Part shown: positions 51,101-64,000 of the stretch, piece after piece
How the letters are laid out: the number at the start of each line of letters is the position of its first letter
Numbering within the stretch: position 1 is the stretch's first letter
Assembly: GCA_013239625.1 (NCBI GenBank)
Contig: MU054187.1
Span: 19,687,929-19,751,928 of the forward strand
DNA: 64,000 nt
Origin: Lama guanicoe
Taxonomy: Eukaryota
Reading direction: 5' to 3'
Made by a program: the position numbers and the translations under genes
The notes under the pieces: model-generated
What the model was told of the DNA's origin: nothing
What the model saw: only the letters and a program-made list of their open reading frames with translations
Database searches by the model: none

Positions 51101-52950
51101 CATTCATCTGTTATGATTCTTCATTTAAAATTCACAAAGCTGGAATACAGCCCTACATTTGGGGAGATATTTACATTAAGCAAAAATATAATTTTCCTTG
51201 ATTTATGCTATTTTTCAGGGTATCGAATCAGCCACAATAAAACAGAATAAGGTAGAAAAGTTTTTACTAGCATCATGATTATGCAAAATCATACAATTTC
51301 TGCAGCTTCAAGAAACTAGGGCAGGAGATTACTGTGAGCTTGCCCTCAGAGGTACTCAGCATCACCAGTGTATTTCTTGGTGTTTATGTCAGATCAGATT
51401 TCATTTTCTGATAAATGAATAAGTAGAACTCAAAATAAAAAAGAACTCAAAATGCAAGAAGCTCTAATCTATAAGATATGAGGCAAGGGACCTAATACTG
51501 AGTTTTGAAGTTTATGATGCTTTGCTTTGGGGTGGGATCAGGCTTGGAAAGGCATGAATAAGCCACTTTGGTATTCCGTTTTTGTGAACCTGTGAACCTA
51601 TTTGTGGTTTTGAAGGACAAAATTAACACAGACACTTAAAATACATAGATATTATTGAGGATTTATTTTTTTAAGACCACACTGTCACCCTCTGCCTTAG
51701 TAAACTGTAGCCAGAATGTTTAGTACATACTGGCAATTTCTCCTACTTTTTCTGACTAGCATTTGATAGATGTTCTAACACATACACAATTGGCCCAAAA
51801 GTTTGTCAAAGGTAAAGGAGCAAAAGAGCAAGAGACTGGAATAAATAAATAGAGAACAATATAAAGCAAATAGTAAACCATTTCCTGAGTAATTGACTTT
51901 CTTGTCCCAGAGATTTTAATTAGTTATCTCAAACAAGCGGCGCTAATAGGGAACTGCTTATTGGAAATATTCAGGAATAAGTCCAAAGTTTGTATGGTTG
52001 TGCTCTAAAGCAGTAAGAGCTATTAAACTTGGACCAGTGGCTCTCTTAGCTGACTGCTAAGCCTTTTCCCCAAATATTTCTATCTTATGGGTATTTCCAG
52101 TGAGAGGATGGGGAACAGCTAAATCCCCCCACCCCCATCATCTGCTCTGGGCACCTTCCATCAACTCTTCTTCAGTCTTGCAATTTAGCGACGTGAATAC
52201 CAACAGGGTAATTGCTACCCTCAAACAAACCACACCCAGAAAGGAAGGTAAATGGGAATGGTGATTTTAAAAGTACAGGAAAGGGGAAGTTGACCCTTCT
52301 TGTTACAAGTTGAGAATCCTCGCATGAGAAGTTCCTTATTTAAAAATTAAAATGTAATGTCAACCATCCAGCTTAAACTAGTGTAAACTTCAGTCATTTA
52401 AGCTAGATGGTTGACATGACATTTGCCTTCCATGTCAAGTTAGAGGAATAAAATTGTGCAACCAAATATTTGACAAGCACTTTGGACATCTCGTTCTCTA
52501 TTTACACATGGATTTCTAGTGAGTCTTCTCGCTTCTTTCACATAGTGCTACACGCTGCGCAGTCGTAATGGGCGTGTCTCCTTTGCTGCAGCAGGAATGG
52601 TGCTCAACAGGCCTTTCTCAATGAGCAGTGCTGTTTACACTACCAACTCCTTCCGTGTATTTCATTCATGTAAAGTGAAAGTCAATATAACCTTGGAGTT
52701 TGAGCAAAGATATGATCCTCTTCACTCAAAACTTCTACTGTGTTAACTGCAGCAGGAAAAAAAAAAGTATAATTACGTATAACCAACTTATACATATTTC
52801 AAAGATTACATACACAAGAACCTATGTTTTATCATTTTTGAGAGTTTGACAACTTTTCTTTAGGTAAAACTATATTCGTTGAATATTGTTCTCATATTTG
52901 AAAAACTAAATGATAGTACATAGAGTTCATCACCAGTTTCAAGATAAACC

Positions 52951-53077
52951 TTTTTTTTTTTTATGATGGGGAGATAATTGAGTTTATTTATTTATATTTG
53001 GAGGAGGTGCTGGGGATTGAACTGAGGACCTCATGCAGGCTAAGCACGTACTCTACCGCTTGAGCTATACCTTCCCC
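52951..53077 (-). mobile_element. tRNA-derived SINE (Vic-1-like)
   Basis: ggaggtgctggggattgaactgaggacctcatgcaggctaagcacgtactctaccgcttgagctatacc; TSD caagataaa. Confidence 0.85.
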
Positions 53078-53324
53078 CAAGATAAAGCTATTCTTCAAGA
53101 ATTTCAAATAGCAGTAGTCACCTTGAGGGTAGAAGCTCTGTATTTGTTGATCATAGGATCTCCAGGGAATAATCACAGAATCACAGGCAGTGGGAGCTGA
53201 AGGGGACTATAGGGATAAAGTTTGTGGGTTCTCAGAAGCACTGCAAGCCACGAGCACAATAGTACGAAACACTGATGCATCATATGAACAAGGAATACTT
53301 ATTTACAGGTAGAAAATAAAACCA

Positions 53325-53490
53325 TACCACACACACACACACATATGTATATAGATACATATATACACACACAACACACATGCACATGTATACACATGCA
53401 TATACATGTGTGTACACATATATGTGCGTGCATATAGGTGTACACATGCATACACGTACATACACACATACACAAACTTACACACACACA
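53325..53490 (+). repeat. (CA/TA)n low-complexity microsatellite
   Basis: Directly visible. Confidence 0.85.
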
Positions 53491-55789
53491 GTATATCCAA
53501 TTACATCCACAGGTATCTCCGTCTACCCTGTAGAATGAAGCACGATCAGCTATTTCTGAGTTTTTCTGTTTGACATTTTCTGGTTTCATATTCCTACTGT
53601 TTCCCATATATTCTAGGCATCGCAGGCCCCCAAAGGTTACCGATTTGTGAGGCTGCTAATACTACTAGTAGCAAGTAGAAAGCGCCTTCATTCACTCGGT
53701 TATATAACTCTGCCTGCTTAAGCATTTAATTGGGTTTTTACAAAGACTATCAAGTAGATTTGAATGGATGCATTGGTATGTTGTTCCAATAACAGGTTAG
53801 TTCTACTCGCCTGACATTGACCTGGGGAGCAATTAATTATAAAAAAAAATTTAAGACTTTCAGTGTGTATTTACAGTAAATCTTTTATGTAAGCATTTCT
53901 TCTTTTTTTGACAACTGCAGCCTGAAGCTCTTTTAGGTCCTGACCTTCCCCTCTGAGATGTAACTCCTCTGATGATCTCCGGTGCGACATCCTGGTGGTA
54001 AGAACTGCCTCATCTCCAAGTGTAACCGCCAGCTGTTTAGGATGAGGAGAGGAACCTCGTTTCTGTCAGAAAACAACTTCAGTTTCCCTGTCCCTTGCTA
54101 TCTTTCTTCAGCTAGAAGAGTCAGGCCACCTCTTTGTAATCCTTTATACTTTATTATATTAATCAATCACCGTTTCTTTTTTTTTTTTTTTTACACAGGA
54201 TTCAGTCCGACGTTTCTGCCTTGCTTACAGCAATATTCCACTTCCAAACGCCCTTTTGTTTACTTTCTCCAAGCAAATGCCTTTTTACTTACTGTCTTCT
54301 CGGGCATCTGCTTTGCCGTTGTATAATCCCCTACGTCATCGCTGTGGCCAATCTTCTTTTAGCTGCCCATTTACCCTTTTTATGACATTTAATATTCTGA
54401 GACCTCTGAAAATAGGGATCTTACTTAGAAGATCCAGTTGGTGTAGCAGGCTGGTGTGATTTGCTCTGGTTTCTAATATACATATGCACCAGAAAACTTT
54501 GCATTGTTTAGTAGGAGATTTGCAGTCAGGTAGGGCCAGGGGCTGGAAGGAGTTCTTTGTGTAATACCTTTCATCATTCATATTCTTTACTGAGCAGTGT
54601 GTTTGAGCATCTCTGTAGACAGTCACCTGGCTTCATCTGCATCACCTCCTCTGTGAGGTCTTCCCTTACCCTCCAAAGAGTGTCTCCACATCCTTCTGTG
54701 TCTCAGTGGTACCTTGTACATGTCTCATTCCTTTCCTCTATGTCTCCTCTGCTACTTGAGGCAAAGGATGTAACTTACATGTGTTAGTATCCATGAGAAC
54801 AGTTCCTGTAAGATGGCAGGTGCTTAAGAAGTGCTTGCTGAATGATGAGTAAGTGATCGGATGTCTGTTTTCTATTTCGCCTCCTCTGAGATCGTAGCCT
54901 TATTTCTTTGTCCCTGCAGTGCCTGACATAGTGACAAGCCTGTGGTGGCTCTTCACTGTGTACTTGTGGAGTGACCAAAATGAGTGGATGAAGAATGTTT
55001 TTGTCTTTTTTTTAAATGAAGAAGTCCAGGGAAAATTCATAATGAGGTGGCCCTGGATAAATGAATGTGAGAACATTCCAGCATTTCCCCAGCTGATTCC
55101 AATCTAACCTGTGACTCGGAACAGAAGCATTTTGTTTTTATCCCATTGATGGAATGCTCGTGACAATGCTTATTCACATTGTTTTTCGAGAACTAGAGCA
55201 AGGTTCCAGAAATAGAAGGCATGGTTTAACGAATGAAGTGATGTGTATGTGAGTAAGAACAGGGCTTACAGTAAAGTTTCTCAAATAAAACAACACGATT
55301 ATGTGACTTCCTAGGTAAAAGCAAAAGAGGACACAGCCAATTATGAGAGGCATATGTCACTTCAATGCTCTCTGGGATTACTCTTCCAAGCCTCATCTTT
55401 TAGGCTTTCTCTAGAGATGTCCATTCTTGGAAGAGAAAAGAGCCATTGTAATGCAGTTTTATCTTTTGCAGACAGATGTGTCTATAGTCACTGGATATAA
55501 TGGCTCCTAAAAGGTTCTTCCTTTTTTTTTTTTTGCCAACTAATGGATTAACAATGGACATACTTATAAACCTTGAATGAGTGAAAAACAACAGAGTGAT
55601 CTTTCCAACTAAGATGCCCTGTGTGTTATATGAGCAGTGAAACCACAACTCTTTTCCATTACAGCCTGAAGTTATTTTTCATAGATAACTAACTGAAAGC
55701 CTTCCTCCTCTGGAAACATGGGTAGAGTAAAGTTGCTTAGGGCTAGGTGAATTTTGGTTCAAGTGGGTAATTCTTTTTTTCCCATTTTA

Positions 55790-56030
55790 AATTAATTTTT
55801 AAAAATTTTATTGAAGTATAGTTGATTTACAATGTTAGTTGCAGGTGTACAGCAAAGTGATTCAGTTATATGTATACATACACATATATTTTTTCTTTTC
55901 TGGTTCTTTTCTGTTATATGTTATTACAAGATATTGAATGTAGTTCCCTGTGCTATACAGTCGGACTTCTGTTAGTTGTCTGTTTTATATATGTTGATCC
56001 CAAACTCCTAATTTATCCCTTCCCCCTCAG
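55790..56030 (-). mobile_element. L1 3' tail fragment
   Basis: ttgaagtatagttgatttacaatg...gttccctgtgctatacagt. Confidence 0.7.
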
Positions 56031-58628
56031 GTGGGGAGTTCTCAAATTTCAGTCCCAGTCCTCAGTGTGCTGTCTAGTAAGGGCTTTTCACAGTACATGT
56101 GGGACACTGTTCTGTGGCTCCATTGCTGAAGGAACATCACTGTTACACAAGGAGACAAAACCTCTGGAAGCTTCCTCCCATGAAGGAATACAGTAGATTC
56201 CTTTGTTTTAGAAAGAATGTTTTCCGGGTTGCATCAGCTACCTGAAAGCACATGCATGAGCTTGGAAGATTGAATTGCACATTCTACATAGGTTAAGTTA
56301 CACGGCTCTAAAAACATCCTTCTTTGCCAAATCAGGAAAAATGCTTGATCTGCAACATTTGTTGAGTGTCTTAAAAAAAAATACAGCTATTTCTTTCCCA
56401 AATTGGTTACTGGAAAAGTTAAAGCCTGTCCGACTCATGGTGGGCCCGTGGCATCGTTGTTTCATGTGAGAAGCAGCTCACAGGACTGCTCCTCACACCT
56501 AATCCTTGGCTCTTTGAAACAGAAGCCTCTTGCCTCAGTGTTTGAGAGAAGCTTCCCGTGGCAGAAGCCACAAAGAGTGTCAGGTGTCCCGGGGCGGGGT
56601 CCAGCCAATGCAGAAATCATCAGTTTTGCTCATACAAGGGTTTTTTGGAAAACTGTAAATCAGCTTTTAAATTGGAAGGATTTGGGAAGCAAATCCGGAT
56701 CTCTTGCTTCTTTGGAACGCGTGGCAGGAAGGCTGGGCGTGCAGCCGGGGACTGGAGCCCAGTGGTGTGGCTTCCATCATTTCAGGCGTATGCTCTCCTG
56801 GTCGCTGGCGTGCCACTTCTTCCTGTCGACTCCCTGGTACTGCGGCCAGCGTTCACTGCCATCCGTTGTCACTCTTGCGGTATTTTTTACTGTTGTAACA
56901 GAAGCGTTCCTCCATCGCTTCCTCACAGGTGAGGTAGCAGAAAAGACCCTTCCCCTTCACCTCACTCTCTCCCCTTCACTTACTCTCATTACTGCTGAGT
57001 CCCTCAGAATTTCGGACGCCGATGTAGGTCAATGTCTAGTTTGTGGTATGGGGATTATAGTGTAAATTCAGATCTCACATTTTGGTGAATTTTCAAATTT
57101 TCCCCAAATATCTTGAAGGACAGAAACCATATGTTAACATAGGCATTCCCACGTCTCTTCTCTGAGCTTCAGTTGGCTGTTCCGGAAATGGGGATATACT
57201 CCCCATGAGGCTGGGTGATTGTTCTAAGAACTAGTGATAACTTATGGAAACTACCTGGACAGAGTAGAGACTTAGCAACTTGATATTATTACTAATATTA
57301 TGCAACATTCCTTAATTAATGAGATTGAATATCCTACTTCCGAGACCACTGAGCAGCAAGTTACCTGTTTTTTCACCCTGCCACTGTAACAGGAACATCA
57401 TATTACAAAACAGCTCTGCATTTCAATGGTGCAGTACATTCTGCGATTCAGCAGACCATCCCAGGAAGCTAAACTCCAAATACACATATCCACCCAACAC
57501 CCCCGGGTGTGGAATGTTCAAAGTAGGTCTCCTCCCTCTCTCGTCAGGCTGGTTCAGTGTCTGTACTTAGTCGGAACCTAACTGATACCCATTGACCCAG
57601 AAGCATTTTCTTTCTTTTTGGTAAGAATTTTTTTTAAGTTCTTATTAAAAAAAAATCTCCTAGTAAGAATTAATTTTAGATTACTTTCTGAAAACCGAGA
57701 GATGCAATTTGGTATAAAAGATGGGGCTTTGGAGTCACTAGATCTACAGTGTAATCCTGCCTCTACCAATTAAACACTGTGTGTAATAACCTTAGTGAGT
57801 GACTTTAGCGCTTCTTAAATGATGCGCCCTCACTTGAGTAGTAACAACGAACAACAACAACAATACCTAGAAGGCGACAACAGGACACTGTACTCTGGAG
57901 TCAGAGTGCCCACTTTCAAATCTAAGCTCCACCTATTTAGTGCTAAGTAGCCTTGCACAGTTGCTTATTGGAAAATGGGGATATAACTTACGCAGTTGTT
58001 GAAGAGTAAATGAAATAACTTATGTAAAGTATTTAGTGCAGTGCAGGCGCCTAGGGTGGGGTTACTAAATGTTAGAACCTTCACCGTCATCACCATCATC
58101 ATCGTCGTCTCCTTCACAAGATTCCAGAACCACTCGTTGGGAGCCACATGGTATGATGTCCAACCTTGCCAATATTTTTTACTACTACTAATAAATTCTG
58201 GTTGGGACATGATTTTGGGACGTGACTTTCCCAAGAATATACATTAGGTCATGGAAGAAAAATTCACACTCTGGCCTTAAGGGCCATACTCTTTCTGTTA
58301 TACCATGCTGTCATGATGCACACAATTATCAGATTTATTCATTTGATATTCATTCATCTGATCTTCTGTAAAATGGGCCAATAGTAGTATCTACTCTTGG
58401 AGTTTCTGTGAGAGTTAATGATGTAAATCACATAATGCACATAAAACACTTAACACCAGTTTGGCATACAGTGAATGCTCAATGAATGTTGGTTTTTCCT
58501 GCTGTATTTTGTTGGCTATGCCCCAGGATCTGGGCCAGGTGGTGGGGAAATAGATGAATAGGATGCTGTATCTTTCCACGAAGGGCTTGTCCATAATACA
58601 GGGGAGATGGAGTAGAATTGATTTCTTA

Positions 58629-58760
58629 GGGGAGGATGTAGCTCAAGTGGTAGAGCGCATGCTTAGCAAGCACAATGTCCTGGATTCAATGTCCGGTACC
58701 TCCTCTAACAATAAATAAACCTAATTACCTCTCCCTGCCAAAAAATTAATTAATTAAAAA
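58629..58760 (+). mobile_element. tRNA-derived SINE (Vic-1-like)
   Basis: ggggaggatgtagctcaagtggtagagcgcatgcttagcaagcacaatgtcctggattcaat...aaataaataaacctaattacctc. Confidence 0.85.
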
Positions 58761-59563
58761 AGTAGATTTTACAAAAATTATAATCAGTGTAATCAATGCA
58801 ATAGTAGATGTGGATCCACAGGCAGAGTGACAGCCGAGGGGGGGTCAATCAGCCACCCTCCCTGTGCGCGGAGAAAGCCCTCATGCAGCCCTGCTCAGTG
58901 ATGTAATGAGCCTCTGTACAGTGTGATACCATATATACAATATGATATTGCAGAAAGGCCTTTGCACCAGATGACTTTTTTTAAAGTTCTTTCCTAAAGG
59001 ACAGAGTAAACAGTCAATTTGTTCTTTAAAGTGTAAATGCTATTCAGCAAGGACTTACATTGCGGTGTTGCAGCTGGAGAGGGAAACAGAGCAGAGATGA
59101 GATAACCCTGGACCTCCGCGATGGGCAGAAAGGGATGGGGAAGGAAAGTTACCACTCAAGGGAAGTACAGAAAAATGATCCGCACCTACAAACCCCTTCT
59201 TTGGCAACTATAGGAATCCCCAGCCTGTCTGCTTCCTCCCTCCCCGTGGAAGGAAGCCTGTCTGTTAGTGGGTCCCACCCACTTCTGCTACAGAGCTTTG
59301 GGTAGCCTTCTCTTTCCAGAGGGAGACCTCATGGAGAAACACACTCACGTAACTACAAGAGGCATGGCTACTTATACTATTATAAATATGAACCTATAGT
59401 AGAAGGTCAGAAGAATTTCTAGGAAAGGCAATTGCTTGAAAGAGAAAGATCAAGATAAGCAAGCAACTGAACAAGAGAAGAGAGATAATGTAGGAAATAA
59501 AAGGTGTTAAAAAACAAAACTTGTATTAGTATCTTCGGGACAATCAAGAAGCTACCGTGTTGG

Positions 59564-60270
59564 TACACTGCTGGTGGGAATGCAGTTTGGTGCAGCCACT
59601 GTGGAAAGCAGTATGGAGATTCCTCAAAAGACTAGGAATAGACTTATCATATGACCCAGGAATCCCGTTCTTGGGCATATATCCAGAAGGAATCCTACTT
59701 CAAAAAGACACCTGCACCCCAGTGTTCATAGCAGCACTATTTACAAAAGCCAAGACATGGAAACAGCCTAAATGTGCACCAACAGATGACTGGATAAAGA
59801 AAATGTGATATACTTATACAATGGAATACTATTCAGCCATCAAAACTGACAACATAACGCCATTTGCAGCGACATGGATGTTCCTGGAGAATGTCATTCT
59901 AAGTGAAGTAAGCCAGACAGAGAAAGAAAAATACCATATGAGATCGCTCATATGTGGAATCTAAAAAAAAAAGAATGTAAATACGGATCAGAAACAGACT
60001 CATAGACATAGAATAAAAACTTGTAGTTGCCAAAGGGTCGGGGGTGGGAAGGGACAGACTGGGATTTTAAAATGTAGAATAGATAAACAAGATTATACTG
60101 TATAGCACAGGGAAATATATACAAGATCTTGTGGTAGCTCACAGCAAAAAAAAAATGTGACAATGAATATACATATGTTCATGTATAACTGAAAAGTTGT
60201 GATCTACGCTGGAATTTGACACAACATTGTAAAATGACTATAACTCAATAAAAAAATGTTTTTTTTTTAA
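59564..60270 (+). mobile_element. 5'-truncated, relatively young L1 (ORF2 C-terminus and 3' UTR)
   Basis: [21 protein letters not shown]...[12 protein letters not shown] peptide, AATAAA, 18-bp TSD with 2 mismatches (59546-59563 / 60271-60288). Confidence 0.9.
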
Positions 60271-62093
60271 AAGAAGCTACTGAGTTGGAAGACAAGAATG
60301 GGCTGTCACAAAAATGAGCAATAAACACTGCATTTCAGTGTGAATAGCTGTTGAAATTGTATCTATGAAGCTTAATGGTTCCTTAAAAATTGAAAGAATA
60401 ATTTAAAAAACTGGTAATCATCTGGAAATAATAAAAGTGCAGATTATTTCAATCAAACATTGGGGGTTTGGGGGTGATAAAAGAATCTTGTCTGAAGACA
60501 ATAAGTTTTATAGATACTGATTAATTTTCAGAATGGATAGAAAACTTAAGTTTAATAATATGTGTATATTTTAAATACAGGAGTCTCTGTTAAAAGAATA
60601 AATTTAGTATATATATAATTATTCCATAATTAAAGGGGCAAAAGTGTACAAAGGAAATCTAATCAACCTACAGAAAGACAAGAAAGAACAAACAAAATTA
60701 AAAGCATAACAAACAGAAAACATAAAACATAAAAGACGATGGTAAAAAGACCATGTTAGATACCATATCAGTTATCACAATAAATAAGAATAACTTAAAA
60801 ACTAACATTGAAAGTTGGAGACTGTCTGATTAGTTAAAAACCATCACACACGTTTAACATTCAAATATATGCTCTCTGTAATAGGCACACCGAAAAAGAG
60901 CAAATAGAAAAAAGTTTAAATGGAGGTCCAGGTAAAATTATTACAGGCAGATTGTAACAAAAAGAAAGCTGAAATATTAATTTAGTCTAAAACAAAATGG
61001 AATGTAAGGCAGAAAGAATTAAGTGGGCAGCAAATAATATTTATTTACTAATCACCAATAAAATCCAGCAAGAAAGTATGACGGCTATGAGTCTGTGCAC
61101 CAGACAAAAAGCATTGGAATAAGTAAACTGAATCTGCTGGAATTACAAGAAGAAATGGACTAAAACAGTTAGAAAAGAACCTTTTCTCAGAAAGGCTGTG
61201 CTTCTGATAACTTACATGTTGCAATAACTTACATATTTCACTCTGAGCTCTTGTTGTCAGTTCTCTTTAATTATCTTGATATTAGCAATTTTCTGCTGCT
61301 CTTTTCCTCCACTCTCATAAAAGCCTTATCAAAACTTCTATTTTAAGGCCTGTTTTTGGGGGTGCCTTACAAGGGGTCAGAGTCAGAAGGGCTCTGTTCG
61401 TTTTGTGATTCCTGAAAGAAGCAGGTAAGATTAGTTTCCTAAGTGTTCGGGGGAGGGTATTTGGACATCATTTTTCTGGCAGCAGCATTCTTTTTCCTCA
61501 CCAGTATGCCGTTAATCCTTGAATATGACTCCATGGTGTTGATTTCATGGGCACTCATGATTAGATGTAACCTCACTGGCCGCCTCATGATCACTTCAGC
61601 CCAAGACACGCGGCTTGGTGTCCTAGATTTTGGATTTGTCACTGACTGACTACCTTCAAGCAAGTCACTTCTCTGGGTCTCAATGAACTTGTCTTTGAAA
61701 TAAGGAGAAGAGGTGAGAATAGACAGTCCTTAAGGTTCTTTCTTCCTCTCAAGTTTTATTTTCTATTACATGATACTTTATTTTTATCTATCTTTTTCTC
61801 CTAATATCCAATATTAACAGAAATATTTCTGTGGTATATTTTATGGAATATGAAATTTGGACTTTTCATCCTCTGACACTTGGCAGATCTTTGGAAGAAT
61901 AACAAAATGTTTAAGGGCCTGGTATTTGGCACAAACAATTAAAAGGGCAGACGTCACCCTTAGGTTTCTCATCTTTGTTTGGTATCCTCTTTGTAGGCTT
62001 TTGCAGTGCCGAGTTCATGGCTGGTGCTGAGGAATATTTCTTGAATAAGTGACTGGGCTCTCTCCTTATAAATGTGCCTTCTCTCTTATTTAG

Positions 62094-62271
62094 CTGCGTT
62101 GCAGGCACTAAAGAGAAAGAAGAGGTATGAGAAGCAGCTAACTCAGATTGATGGCACCCTTTCCACCATTGAGTTCCAGAGAGAAGCCTTGGAAAACTCA
62201 CACACCAACACCGAGGTGTTAAGGAACATGGGCCTTGCAGCGAAAGCAATGAAAGCAGTTCATGAAAACAT
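62094..62271 (+). CDS. CHMP4C: CHMP4C exon 2
   Basis: tttag|(A)ALQALKRKKRYEKQLTQIDGTLSTIEFQREALENSHTNTEVLRNMGLAAKAMKAVHEN|gtgagt; 178 bp; phase matches exon 1; gene continues beyond the window. Confidence 0.97.
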
Positions 62272-62764
62272 GTGAGTGACCTTGGTCTCCCTCTGAGTCA
62301 TAAATTCCCTAACCATTGGGATGAGCCTTTGGAACTGTATGATGATTTGGGCAGGAGCGGACTGACTCACTTGAGACTCTTGGACATGTTGTGACAGCAT
62401 GCTCCCACAGGGAACGATGACAAATTTATAGTGGCGAAAGACAACAAAAAGTCCGTGAAAAAATAAATTAAAATAATAATGAAGAAAATAATAAAGGATA
62501 AATAAAGGACATTGATTTGGCCATTAGTGTTTCCCAGTTCCCTCACTATTGCCTGACACTCTACTTGTAAACACTTTCATTCTGTAATTTTAAAAAGGCT
62601 TAAATGTTAACGTCTGTGTGGGTGTTAGACCCATACAACAGTGGTTGTCAAACTTTGCTGAGACTCAAAAATCACTACTAAAGAGAACACAGAAGCTCAG
62701 CCTCTTTCAAGAAAGGTAGGGGTGATTCTGATGCTAATGAATTCTTGAGAACCATTGACAGAAT

Positions 62765-63000
62765 AATAGTTAAGAGCATGGCTTTGGGGCCAGATTTTCT
62801 GGGTTACAATCCCAGTTCCTGCTGACCGGCCTTGGGCAAATTCCCTTGCCTCTGCCTGATTCAGTTTCCGCGTCTATATACTGGAGGTAATAAAGGTACT
62901 TACCTCATGTGGTTATTGTGAGATTCAGAGAGATCCGAGGTATACTACCCTTAGCATGGCTCCCGGCACAACATAATAGCAGTCAGTAGTTGTGGAGGTA
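62765..63000 (+). mobile_element. MIR SINE
   Basis: gttaagagcatggctttggggccaga...ccttgggcaaatt...tacctcatgtggttattgtgag. Confidence 0.7.
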
Positions 63001-64000
63001 GTGGGGCTAGTGATTCACACTGAGCATCAGTGCCGGGGGCCCAGCCCTTTGTGAGCTTAAAAAAGATAGTGAAGTTTGGGCCAAAGATGCACAAGAGCAA
63101 TGAGTGCCTGAGGGATGGAGAGAAGCTTCCAGGGATGGAAAAAGTGGGAGAGGGAGAGGCTGGGCCCAGTGAAGACATCTTGGCCAGCATTTTCTTGCCA
63201 TGATAATTAATTGCCAATCAGCCAGGGTTTTGACAGCTTCAGACAGCAATCCTAAAATTCATTATCAGAGTCACAACCCTCTGTCGTTGCTGTAAGCCAG
63301 GTGCTAAAATGTATCACAGAATCATAGCCTTTCTCTCCAGGTAGTTTAGCAACATCATCCCTGGGTGTTGTTCCTTTTGAAAAAAATTTTCCTCCCAGGC
63401 CCAAACGTTGGCTATACCTTTCTCATATGATTTTTTAAAAATAAATAATCCTTGTATATTTGTTATAAATATAAGAATTGGAAATAAGGGTGGTAGGAAG
63501 ATGGCAAAAGTAGCCTTTTTGATTACTGCATGGAATTATGTCAAAATACTCAGCTTTTCCCATATATAGAGTCTGGGAAACTTGCATAAAGATTTATTCC
63601 ACTGGGAATCAAAATTTCAGTGTTAATTGCTTAATAACGAGGAAAACTGTCCCTTCTCTGGTATCCGATTTGGCCTAGCTTCAGAGCTGGAGGAATGATT
63701 CAGAGACCAGGTACCAAAGAGGCAGTCCAGATGCTGGCATTCAGATACCGACGACCTAGCTGGGCGGTTCGGGGCCAGTGAAGCTCAGGCTGACTTCAGA
63801 GCAGCTGTCCATCCTGGGCCTGCGGCTACCTGGATTCCTTTGCTAAAGCTGCTAATTCTTCTGAGGAATTCATGGGCCTAATCCTGCTTTCATCAGTAAT
63901 CTCCCAGGCTATGGGAACGTTCTCAGGGAGTCAGGATCTCAGAGCTACTGGGCATTCTCGAAAACAGACCTCTAGTTCCAGAGTTCAGCGTCTCAGAAAA

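Noticed and set aside
56403..57065. 220-aa ORF in CHMP4C intron 1 (also 49313-49831)
   Set aside because: Non-ATG starts, no recognisable homology or supporting splice structure

Overview
Mammalian genomic DNA, most likely a camelid given five tRNA-derived SINEs of the Vic-1 type. It carries the conserved gene block IMPA1(-) / SLC10A5(-) / ZFAND1(-) / CHMP4C(+). Present are IMPA1 exons 1-3, a complete 8-exon ZFAND1 (268 codons, one GC-AG intron), CHMP4C exons 1-2 and three CpG-island promoters. The rest is mostly L1, L2, MIR, LTR and DNA-transposon remnants. Two regions stand out. (1) A ~1.2 kb degenerate interstitial telomeric array lies inside IMPA1 intron 3, splits an old LTR-like element, contains three copies of a 63-bp unit of its own flank, and puts (UUAGGG)n into the IMPA1 pre-mRNA. 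(2) The intronless SLC10A5 has three frameshifts plus erosion of conserved residues, so it is a candidate lineage-specific gene loss, although assembly error is not excluded. A pre-miRNA-sized hairpin sits in CHMP4C intron 1. Orthologue comparisons and repeat-family names are from memory, not from alignments.
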